NCBI GenBank assembly: GCA_000320545.1 | Contig: ADNK01001313.1 | Span: 27,457-91,456 of the forward strand | From: Bigelowiella natans CCMP2755 | Taxonomy: Eukaryota; Protista; Cercozoa | Length of the DNA stretch: 64,000 bases | Reading direction: 5' to 3' | In this document: positions 38,713-50,400 of the stretch, in pieces | How positions within the stretch are numbered: position 1 is the first letter of the stretch | Layout of the letters: every line of letters starts with the position of its first letter | Made by a program: the position numbers and the translations under genes | Notes under the pieces: model-generated | What the model was told of the DNA's origin: nothing | Database searches by the model: none | What the model saw: only the letters and a program-made list of their open reading frames with translations

Positions 38713-39738
38713 ATGGCGGCCAGGCGGAGGAGGGACTTCCTGATCGTCGAGCGGTGGGTGGCGATGGTCCCGATAATCCTCGCCTTCCTACCAGTATCCG
38801 AGGGCCACGAATCAGGAAATGAAGGCTACTACGATGGTTATGCTCAGACCGGCATCCATGAGGAAATGCTGAAGGTTGAGCGACAAACGCCTTCGTTTTA
38901 ATGCAAAAATCAGATTTGCCTGATGCGATTCATTAAATCAGGACACGGCACGCACAGGGGCATATCGAGATGCGATAATCCGCAACAGAGATGCTTTTGA
39001 AGGAGCTATAGTTGTAGATATTGGCTGCGGTACTGGCATACTGTCTCTTATAGCAGCCCAGGCAGGAGCCAAAAAGGTAATTACAATTGTTGCAGCCGAT
39101 TGAGCTCCAGGTGGTGGCTAGAATAACTGAGTTATACAATAAGAAATTATTAACTCAGGTGTATTGCGTCGAAGCAAGCTCTCTGGCTGAGACTACAATG
39201 GAAATAGTGGCTGCCAATAATCTATCGCACAAAATTACTGTTCTTAATATGCTGGCAGAAGATGTAGAACTTCCTGAGGGGTGGGTCAAGAACCATTAAC
39301 GAGAATCTGCTTATTTTATGAACTTATATAGTTATTTTATCATTGATTCCTCTGCCAACACAGAGGTTGCGACATCATAGTCTCCGAGTGGATGGGCTAT
39401 TTCCTTCTGTACGAGAACATGCTTTCTCCTGTCCTGGTACTGATTCATTATAAGCGGACGCTAAAAGCCTATTTTTTTCAAATGTAGAAAGTATCTTGAA
39501 ATGATTACCCCGAAAATTGAAAATTGCTGGATAGGAATTTCGGGACAAATGGCTGAGAAACGGAGGACTCATCCTGCCTTCCAGTGTGAAATTAATGTCG
39601 GCGCTTTATTCCGATCCACAGTTCTGGAATTCACGAGTGACGTCCTGGGACGATGTTCACGGCTTCGATTTCTCACCTGTGAAGGTCACTGGGGATTGGT
39701 GATGGCGAGTGGGTTAGGGGGTTGCTCTCTCTCTCTCT

Positions 39739-39782
<44 letters not shown>

Positions 39783-40729
39783 TTTGACAAAATGCCAGAA
39801 GCTCGACACTTTGTATAACCACACAGAGTGTCTTGATTCAAGAACAGTTCTTATGGCCTGAGAGGCAACATCTTGACGCCTCTAATCTAGCTAGCGGTGT
39901 TGCAGAAGTTTTCTCGATAGATGCTTACAATGCAACAAAAGAATCGTTGCTGGAAATAAGGAGCGCTCTTTCGTACAGGTCTACTCTCCTGTTCCGTTTC
40001 TCATCCTCCCTCTTTCTCTCTCTTACGTATTCTTTGCATATGGACACTGACCTAGGCTTTCACGAACGTGTTCATGCCATGGCGCAGCCTTCTGGTTTGA
40101 GGCTCTGTTCGAATTGAGCGATGGCTCTGTTGTGACTCTGGACACTGGCCCGAAAGCAGGCTATAACCATTGGTCGCAAGTCATCTGGTACTTCGAGGAG
40201 CCAATTGATTTGGACACCGCTGAAACTAGCAGTGCAGAGGGCCATTTATCCATGGATGCAGGAACTGGAGGTTCATCCCTATCATCATTGCATCTCTCAC
40301 TCATCTTCCCATCCGCTCTTTCAATTTGAACCAACGTATTCAGGTGCATTTAATGTAGAATTCTACCTGACTAGTCCGACCCCAGTGTACAAGGTCGCAC
40401 AGGAACAGAATCCAGACACTATATATCAAGATATTTTTGAGCGCTTGGAAGGAGAGAAAGCGTTTGCTCTGAAGCAGGCCGCAGAGACGGCCCCCGACTG
40501 GCCACAGGCACCTGGCAAGTGGGGTGGAGAAGTTGATGAGCTTCTCAGGAGCTCTAATGAAAAACGATTCTCAGCACTCCGTCAATATTTGCAGGACCTC
40601 TACTACTCGAAAAGTGCATGGAGAAAGGCGGCGTTTTTGACATCAATGGTTCTATTTGGATTCATTGTGGGTCGTTTTTTTGCTTATAGTAGGGGTAGTC
40701 GTCTGAGTAGACACCGTAAAACACAATAA
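38713..40729 (+). CDS. Protein arginine methyltransferase (type I-like core) with a hydrophobic N-terminus and a C-terminal TM segment; multi-exon
   Basis: YYDGYAQTGIHEEMLK|DTART, VVDIGCGTGILS, VYCVEAS, double-E loop SEWMGYFLLYE, NHW loop. N-terminus WVAMVPIILAFLPVSEG; C-terminus AAFLTSMVLFGFIVGRFFAYS followed by a basic tail. Confidence 0.88.
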
Positions 40730-40769
40730 TACAAATCTTCCTGCACAAAGTAGTGTGCCCTCATCATAG

Positions 40770-41320
40770 ACACGTGTCGTCTATGCTACCAAGTAAAAGG
40801 CAATGAAAAACGAACTGCTACCATGGAAGCTTCCGGCTTGTTTATTTGTTGTATTGTTATGTGTAGCTATGCAGCAAGAGGTTTACAGCTGCCAGATTAC
40901 AAATTCGCGTACGTTATATTGCTTCAGCACATATGAGATTTTGTCATCGTCGCTCTCTAGCAGTATGTCGCCAATAAATGCTCTATTATGCTTACAATTT
41001 ATCAATATACAGCATTTTGGATATAATTGAGGCACGCAAATTTACGCGGCGCCATATTGTTGGCCATCATGCTACTAATCCCACATCATGTTACGTTCTT
41101 GCACTATGCATGTGGCAGCAGCATGTACACGTACAACTCTTGGTGAGCATATGTTTATGCCAGCGTGCATATCGTAGATTTATTTACAACAAAATCAAGC
41201 TATTATTTAGAGAGGTCGTTAGCATTTTTAAATCTTATAATTCTTTCTGCACTACTAGCAGAGCATGCATGTCTTCATGAGCTCCTATGTGCACTGATTG
41301 AAATGCATTTGTCCGCTATT
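40770..41320. other. Convergent-junction island (PRMT -> <- GST)
   Basis: e.g. gcactatgcatgtggcagcagcatgtacacgtac and ctactagcagagcatgcatgtc. Confidence 0.7.
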
Positions 41321-41644
41321 GCTTGAATACAGAAGAGAACACTGTTCGTAAACTTATATACGATCTAGGGACTTGGTAAATGAAATAAAGCAAAAATGAG
41401 ACATAAATTATTTTTCAAGACGTGCACTTCCTGTTTTTGATGATCCTGCTTTAGAATCAGGAACATGAGAGGCCCAAGGAGAGGTCTCCCCTTTAGTGAA
41501 CATCCCAGTTAGATCACTCCAGCCAAACCAGGCACGTCCTGCCTTTTTAGCGTGCTGAAAAATACAAGGAAAGCGAGAGTAAAGTGAAGAAAGCGTCGAG
41601 CGTGTAGCTAATGCTTTTGAAAGTTTTGTTCTTGATACATCACC

Positions 41645-42137
41645 CTATGTTCCTCTGTTTACTACGCTGCTTCGTTTCTGTAAACCAACCTCTTCAATAT
41701 CATTCTGAAGCTTTTTATCAACCCGAAGCCTCTCAAAAGTAGGACCAGAGGGCCCCAAATTCGAAATCCCAGGCACGTTGACGCCAGATTTTACAGCCTG
41801 CATGTGACATTTCAAAGTTGTTTTGGTTAGCTGATGTTCTGTATTGAGCATCTATACAATAAGATATAAATACTAATGTTATTGTCAAACTTAAGATAGG
41901 ACCTCTCGCTTGCTAAGAAGGTTCAACCATCTGATGACATTCGGCATATTTTCAATGGTGATTCCTGTCCACCAATGAGCAGACGCGTAGCCATAGCACG
42001 CAATATCTGCGATTGAGTAAGCTCCACGCCCGCCACCACAGAGATAGTCTCGTCCTGTACAGTTATAGTATCAAGAATTAGCACATTTGGGAGGGAGAGC
42101 GAGCGAGCGAGCGAGCGAGCGAGAGATAGATGGATAG

Positions 42138-42203
<66 letters not shown>

Positions 42204-43178
42204 TCGAGCCGTGTTTCTAGAACGTTATACAGTCGAACAGTTTCTTTCTGGAATCGAGCGATCGAGAACTCTAACCGAGTATCTGCATCTTTTGTCACCG
42301 GGTATGCGATACGCTTGAAGTACATACACTGTCCTGTTATAAACGCACACTGTTAGTGTACGTATACTTTTCCATTTATATTATGTCGATACTAAAACCA
42401 CTTCCTTTTTCAATTTCGACTCCGAAACTTCCATGCCACCACTCCTCCCCGTCTCTGTTTCTACGAGCTGGAATTTTGGCTGTTGCTACTCCTACTACTA
42501 TTTCCACGACTACTGCATTACTACGATAGAAAATTATCTGCCATTATTTTACCCATCATAGGTCCCTGCCCCGACATTTGCCACATTAACCATTGAATGA
42601 CCTCAGACTTCGCTTGCGGATGTGTTGGTAGAAGCGTCGATTTGAACTTCTCAGCAAGATACATGAGAATTGCGCCACTCTCGAAGACAGAGAACGGCGG
42701 GTCCACAGTGTGGTCGACCAGGGTCGGAGTCCGACCATTGGGGTTCTTCTTCATGTATCTGATGCCATTAAAATCAGAAAAACTTGAGAGTAGGACAACA
42801 CCGTCAGCGCTGTATGCACGTATTATTATTTGCGCGGAATGTAATGACACACTTATATCTGAGGCTGAACTATTCAACATCTTTAGCTCCTACGTACCCA
42901 GGTTTTTTCTGAGAGTTTTTCATAAGATCGACCAACACAACGTCGTAGGGCTGTTTGAGCTCCTCCAACAGGATCGAAATCTTCCAGTTGTTCATGGTAT
43001 CGGCGGCGTAAAATACAAGAGTACCCTACAACATGATCACAAAATCTCAAAAAGTTACAAGAAATGATGCAGCTCATTGTCCGCCTTTCTTAAGATGGGA
43101 GACCTTTTCCACATCCTGGTCGGAGGGCACCAACCTCGCATACTTTGAGATCATTTTTGCTTCCGGCGAAGAACTCAT
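41645..43178 (-). CDS. Glutathione S-transferase, YfcG/YghU (Nu)/Ure2-like; multi-exon
   Basis: [27 protein letters not shown]|[65 protein letters not shown]. Confidence 0.88.
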
Positions 43179-44448
43179 GGCGGCATGCAGCAGCTCCCTG
43201 TTCCTCTTGAATACCGACTAATCCCGTTCAAACCGGGACTAGATCTACCACCCAGTTTGATATTCGTTTAAAATGACCCAAACTCATTTTAGGCATTTTT
43301 GTACGAGACTGCTACTTCCCACGTATTAAGCTGCTGTGAGCTCCTAGACCCCAGAATTCTGCTGACGCTGTCTCGATTTAGTTAAAAGCACTTTAATGAA
43401 AGTAAAACTGTTTCTTTTCATGGACTCGACGACATTCTGCTGAGGGAGGACATACTTAGACTATTGGCCATGGATTTTGATGTCGCATGACAAAGAAGGG
43501 AATTTAACATGTTTAAAATGTTGATTGTTGAAAACTTGCCGTCGTAATCCGAGGATATTTTAAGCCATAAACTGATCTTTTCATGACCGCTTGCTAACAG
43601 TTCTTGCTTGTGGTTTATTGGCATTAGCTCTGCGATTTCCAGTCGTTGTATTAGTTCAACTTGTAGTAGTTGAACAGAGAGAGTTCCAACTCAGTACATT
43701 GTATCTCTTAAAGTTCAAAGTTCGGATCCTTGGTGCGAAATAGAGCGGCCTGGACTTGCCCTAGTGCGACTCGCGTTCAGTAGCACATTCTACAAAAACT
43801 ACCCTTTCAGTAAATATCAGTAACTTGCACGGACGAGGTTCAGGAACTGGAGCTTTTGTTAGACCAGTTTGGGCCTTTGGCGATACGGTACAGGAGTGAT
43901 CAAGATTTTTAACCTAACGAGAACTTCAGCAGGATTTTGGTTAAGAAGTTTGCGTCGAGAAGGAAGGAATAAGCCTTTAGTTTTTGTTACAGTCTGTCCG
44001 GAAGAACGGTAGAAATTCACATACTCTGCGACTTTCTAGTGAATGATCAACGACCGACTATTTCATTGGTAGCCGGGAGTCAGGATTACTGATATCGACC
44101 TTTAAAGTAAGTTTTCGTAGGATTTCCTCAAGATTTTCGATTGTTCTCTTTCGCTTTAAGAGCCAACTACACTGAATGTTCATCCAAGTAAATCGTGAGG
44201 AGAGTATTCCCTTAAATCATTATGGTTTTGCTAGTAAATAATGGCAAGATATAGAAAGTCAAACAAATAGAGTCTTAGAGAACTACTAACAGAAGTTGAC
44301 ACGAGTAAGCCAACAAGTGGAACTCGTACGACGAGAAATCTAGGACTTAATTTTTGTCCTCACCGTGACTTTCACAAACTCCGATTCAAAAAAAATAATT
44401 GTGATAATTCTTAGATTTGAACTTGCTGCGGTTAAATTGTCCAGGGAG

Positions 44449-47400
44449 ATGCCAAAACTTTGGAGTTTCTTTTCCTGCTTTATGCTGTGTTTCTTGAAAA
44501 CGGTAGAGCCTTCGTCAAAATCTCCTACTTTATCACCAAGTCTTTCTCCTTCCATTACTCCAACTTCGACTAAATCGCCTGCTTCATACTCAACCTACGG
44601 TCCCAGCCTCTCTCCACTCTCAAGTTCTGCGACGTCTGCTCCAAGTTTCGTCTCCTCCTCACCCTCCCAAACCCCAAGTTTCGTCTCCTCAAAGCCGACT
44701 TTCTCCCCGATAATAACTTCGTTGTGTCCAAGTACTATTCCCTCATATTTGCCTACATTTTCACCACGATCAACCTCATCTTCGCCGTCGCTCAACCCAT
44801 TTACCTTAACTCCCTCGACCAGTCCTAAAGCTGCCAGCAGCGCGCCATCGACGACTCCTACAATAGCGAGCAACGCCCCATCAAAGAGTCCATCAAAGAG
44901 TCCACTGACTTCGTGCCCTACTACAGCACCGAGTCTTCGTGAGCTTTACATTGATACTAATGTTAATGTATCTTCCATCGTTCTTAACCAATTTTTACCC
45001 TACGACATTACATTTAAAAATGACAGCAGTAAGGAAGGCACACTATATGCGGTGTGTGCCGATCATCGAATTCGTAAGATAGACTTAAACAATATGGCAA
45101 TAAGCATTGTCGCGGGAACGGGTTCGTCCAATACCTACTACGATGGAGCAGCAACCTATGCCCAATTCTATTATCCAAGAGGGGTGGACTACGATACCTC
45201 CACAGACACCCTTTATATAGCTGATACTTACTTCCACAGGATCCGTAGATTGACCCTTTCGAATCAGAATGTTTATCTGGTTGCTGGCCTCTCTACTTCT
45301 GGCATCATCGATGGGGTTGCTTCTTCAACTTCGCGCTTCTACTACCCCTGGGATCTAGCAGTTTACAAAAATTCCACTATGAATGACGTAACCATTTATG
45401 TAGCAGATTGCTACAATCATAGACTCCGGAGTATCTTCTGGAAAGTGAGTTCATCACGATACCATACGGATGTTGTCTCAGGGACAGGATCAGCTAGTCA
45501 TCGAGATGGCGCGATGAGTATCGCGTACTTTTATTATCCACGCTCTTTGACTGTGGACCAAACACTTGAAAAACCTGTAATTTATGTTGCTGATTCTAGC
45601 AACCATGTGATCAGAAAGGTAGACGTAGACGCTGGATGGGTGACAACGTTGGCAGGAGTACCTCGAACATCTGGCAGCGTAGACGGAGATGCGACAAGTT
45701 CCAGATTTAACAATCCTCAAGGAATCGCCTTAGATCTTTCAAAAAACCCGCCTTTGATTTTAGTTTCCGATACATCAAACCACAATATCAGAGGTATAGA
45801 TGAAGTTCACCAAACGGTGATGAGGATTGCTGGAATAGGAGTTGCAGGGCAGGAAATTGATGGCTTCGGCTACGATGCTAGACTTTATACACCATATGGT
45901 TTGGCTGTCCCGTCAACTACCTTTCATGTTGGTATGAAGCAATATTTCTATGTTGCAGATTACAATAATCAAGGGGTAACTATAATGAATAACTCTGAGG
46001 ATTGTTAGATTAAGCAATTGACTTAGTATTTGTTATTTTCAGATACGAAAGATCCAGCTATTTCCTAACGCACCCACTTCGTCACCTGCAAGCATCGCGC
46101 CAACATCTACAATGACTCCGACCACTACTCCCTCTGCAAGGGGTTGGGGCGTGCGGTTTGACTCAATAGACGTAACAACTCCGGTCCCGTCTGCCATGGG
46201 TACTGGATCGATACGCGGCGTTTGTGTTAATACCGAAGCCAACATGATATACATGAGTAGCCAATCGTATCACAGGATATACGGATACAACATGAGCTCG
46301 GGTCAGCTTTCTACCATTGCTTCGAGCTCCGGTTCTCCAGGGAGCTACGACGGGTCAGCGACGTATGCACGGTTTTACTCCCCATATGGGATGGAGATGG
46401 ACGCACACAGCGGAGCCATTTTTGTGGCTGACATCAACAACCACAAGATTCGGCGCATTGATCTTGTGACACAGACTGTAGACCGGTGGGCAGGTTCTGG
46501 GAGCTCCGGGTACTTTGATGGATTTGGGACGTTCGCACGGTTCAGCTCTCCGTATGACGTAGCTGTGTATCGGAATAGCACAATGAGTCAACCTGTGGTG
46601 TATGTGGCAGATAGGAATAACCATCGTATCCGGGTGGTACACGCGTACGATCGCGAAGGAATTCCGTCAAGGGCAGCTACGAAGGAGGTGAACTTGGTCG
46701 CAGGGACTAGTATCAGCGGCAGGATAGACGGTGCATGCAGTTTGGCAAGGTTTTACTACCCCGGCGGTCTAGCAGCTGATTCAAGTCCCACGGCGAGTCC
46801 TAAGAGGGCAGTTCTCTATGTTGCAGATACTTACAGTCACGTGATTCGAATGATAGATGTATCCGTGTGCGAAGTCACAACCGTAGCGGGCATTGGGTTT
46901 TCTGCGGGCACTTTCGACGGTTCGCTTGCCAGTGCTCGTTTTTCGTATCCGGAGGGGATAGTTGTCGATAGTACTAGGGACCCGTTGATTCTGTACGTGG
47001 CGGAGTATGGTGGAGACCAGATTCGCAGCGTAGACACATCGATCAGCGGGCGTGTTGAGACCGTTGCTGGATATGGTACAGGTGGTGGTCCGGCTATCGA
47101 TGGCGTTGGGTATTTGTCACGTTTCAACAACCCATATGACCTTGCGCTGGACCCGAGGGGTTCTAGATCTTTGTATGTTGCTGATTACAGCAACTCTGCA
47201 CTTCGCCGGTTGTCGTTTACCACAAAAGCACCAGTCACTTTGTCACCAATTACATCAAACCCAAGCTCCTTTTGTCCAACGGGCTTACCTACGGGGAACC
47301 CAAGTATATCGCCTTCATCCGTATGTCCCTCGACAGCCTGTCCATCTCTCAGTCCTACTACATGTGCTCCAAGCACACGCCAGCCATCTACTGCAGGTCC

Positions 47401-50400
47401 AGTAACATATGCTCCAACAACAGATTCCCCAACAACGATATGCCCTACACAAACTCCTTCGACAGAGTCTCCCGCTACTGGAGTTCCATTGACAGAAGCA
47501 CCAACAACGTGTCATCCGACGGAAATAACTATGAACCCTACGGCAACTAGAAACCCTTCGTCTTGTGCGCCTTCATTGTCGCCTACCCAACCACTAGACC
47601 CCCCACGAGTTGAAAGGCCGGCTCAATTTTCAGATACTCTACGGAGTCTTGAGGTGACGTTCTCGGGAGAGACAAACACCCCATCTGGCTGCATTTCTCT
47701 TTTAGCCACCTCCACATTGAGTACTCTTGGGCTCAATCCTACCTGCTCGTGGACAACTCGCACAACCCTATCAATAGAGTTTGGAATTGATTGGAATACG
47801 AGTTTAGAAGACTATGTGACATTTTTGCCAAATGTCATCCAAAGCTCCGATGGCTTGTCCTCGTTTATGGCATCAATATCTGTTGCTATAATTGCACCAA
47901 ATGATCCATATTCAATCCGTGCAATCCTGACGGCTCCAGCGATAGTTGGAGCTTGTAACAAGTTCAACATTCACACAGGTACAAGATGAACTTACAGGTA
48001 CATTCACTCTTCATACAATCCATTGCATTTGCTCAGGTCTATCCACAGGAAATGCTGGAAGGCCGTTCAGTTATTCTTGGCAGTATATCTCTGGAGGAAC
48101 GTCGCAGCTAGCTTCTTTTGTTGCTACCTCTTTCGGTTCCAGCATTGATTTCGATTCTAGAAACATAACGGTAGGATCTCATGTCTTCAAAGTTAAGATC
48201 AAAAACTGGTTGGGTGTCTCAGCTGAGGCAAACGCTACTGTAGAGAAGGTACTAGATGTTTTTGAATATTGGATATTTCATGTAAGATCCAATACGTTTC
48301 TTCCTGTTAGGTAGCGAATATGGCACCCGTTGTCCAAGCATCAACAGGGACAGTGTCCCAAATACGCAGCACGGAGGAATTTAGGATAGCAGTACAGGTC
48401 ATATCTTCGAATTGTAACGGCTCAAATGTAGGCAACGCCATTAATTTTGGCAAGTGGAGACAAGTATTCAGCAGAGACCCGTACATTTCAACTTCTGTAC
48501 AGTCGGAGATAAACAGTCTCACACTAAGCAAGGCCATCATACATGATCCTACGGGATTTAGTTTGTATTTCGCCCCGAATACATTGCTTGCTGGGCATAC
48601 CTATGGGTTTATGTTTACGGCGAGATCCTACCAAGCTTCCTTATTAACTCTGATGGGAGAAGGGAACTCAACTTTGATTGTTAAAGTAAAAGAACCTGAT
48701 GTGGTAGGTATAATTGAGGGAGGATCCTCACGGCTGATTTCGGTCATCAGTAATGCTCCCACCAACATTGTAGTCAACGCAAGCAAATCACATGACCCAC
48801 TAGAGGCTAGTGCAATTCTATCGTATTCGTGGAACGTAAGTATTTGGCATCCCAACGGAACAATTGGCCCTGTCGTTCAGAATCTCGACGGTTCAACATC
48901 TGAATCTCTCTCTTTCCAGTCCACGTTGCTGATGCCGAACCGCCTCTACCGTTTCTCAGTAGTGGTTTCGGGGGTTCTGTCATATTCTGGGTCCCCGAGA
49001 ACGGCCACAGCAGTCCAAGTCCTTGAGACAGTGAACATCGAGGTCCCACTAGTACAAGTCTCATACCTGGGGAATAAGGTTGATCCAACTTCCAAAGTGG
49101 TTATTAAGGGAATCATTTTAGATACTCGATCGTCGGGAAACATATCTCATCAGGACGCTGGATCATCAACAACGTATCTCTGGACATGCACATCCACCAA
49201 CCTTGATTTTACACAAAAGGGTATCTTGCGCTCTGCTATCAACTCTACAGTTCTTGTCCTCGCTCCAAATGCATTGAATGGCGGTGTGGCTTACACATTT
49301 CAACTGAGTGTCACAAATGGAGCTGGAGTGACCGGAAGGGCCTCGGTCACGATGACAGCAAACCTACCTCCGACGCTTGGGAAATGTGGTGCAAATCCAA
49401 GTGCGGGCGTAGCGCTGGAAGATACTTTCCGTCTTGAATGTTCAGGGTGGGTTGACGAGGATCTTCCGATAATGTTCAAGTTTCAAATTATTACGTTCGC
49501 GAATGGTGGTTTAGTAGACTTAAGTGGCTTTGGGGAAATGGTGTACAGGGACACAACTCTTCCAACACCTGCTGAAGGTACCACCCTCTCTCTGCGCACT
49601 ATAATTCGTGACAGCCTGGGCGCCTCTTCTTCAGCATATTACAATGCTACTGTGACAGAATCTGCCTCGTTTAATATTACAAATTCACGATTGCAAATGG
49701 AATCAAGCCTTGGTAACAAGGATACTCAGAAATATAGTGTTATCCTGATCGGAATCGCAGCTTATCTTAAGAAAAATGGGACTGAGACAAATGGCTCCTC
49801 TGTCACCGTTACAGAGGCACGCAATACACGGAACACTCTGATCAAATCTGTTCAATCACTCTTAGAAAACACGGATGGTTCCAGATCCGAGTCTGTTGTC
49901 ATCCCTGCTGCTCTTGTCCGAGATGCAACAGATTACACAGTTGGTGTTGAGATGACCACAGAAAGCAGAGTCAATGCTCTTAATATCGTCGAGAACATAT
50001 CGAACTCACTAATGAACGACTTCTCTGATGAGGTTGTCGTCTCTTCTGTGGGCGCCCTAGGCAATATTCTTGGATCTACAGTTGACAGCTTAGCCAAGAA
50101 TTCGGAACGCGAGACAATATCACGTCGTGTCGAGACACTTCTGACCCAGATTACAGCAGGCGTGTTGAAAAAAACCGTGGTTGGCGAGGATCCCACGGAA
50201 GTCATCACCGAAAGAATTAACTTAGTTTCACAACTTTTACCGCCGGTGGCTAGAGCAACTATCGTCAAATCTACGTCTGGCGCCGAAATCGACATCCCAC
50301 AGAGCCTTGGCTCTGAGGTGAATGGGAACAGTCCCGTGGAAATTAGCTTAGGATTTATCGCGACAAACCCCTACCCAAGCGACGTCCTTGCGACAGGCAT

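Noticed and set aside
38500-43250. TAGATCTA-like motif near divergent promoters (38.5 kb, 43.24 kb, similar at 60.32 kb)
   Set aside because: Too few instances, and it also occurs in a convergent island (~19.01 kb); cannot be called a promoter element.
44365-44448. Upstream start for the giant receptor
   Set aside because: It is a non-ATG start in the ORF track; ATG 44449 begins a clean signal peptide.
44630-44900. Short DNA direct repeats (ccaagtttcgtctcctc x2, catcaaagagtcc x2)
   Set aside because: They are ordinary coding low-complexity repeats of the S/T/P stalk.
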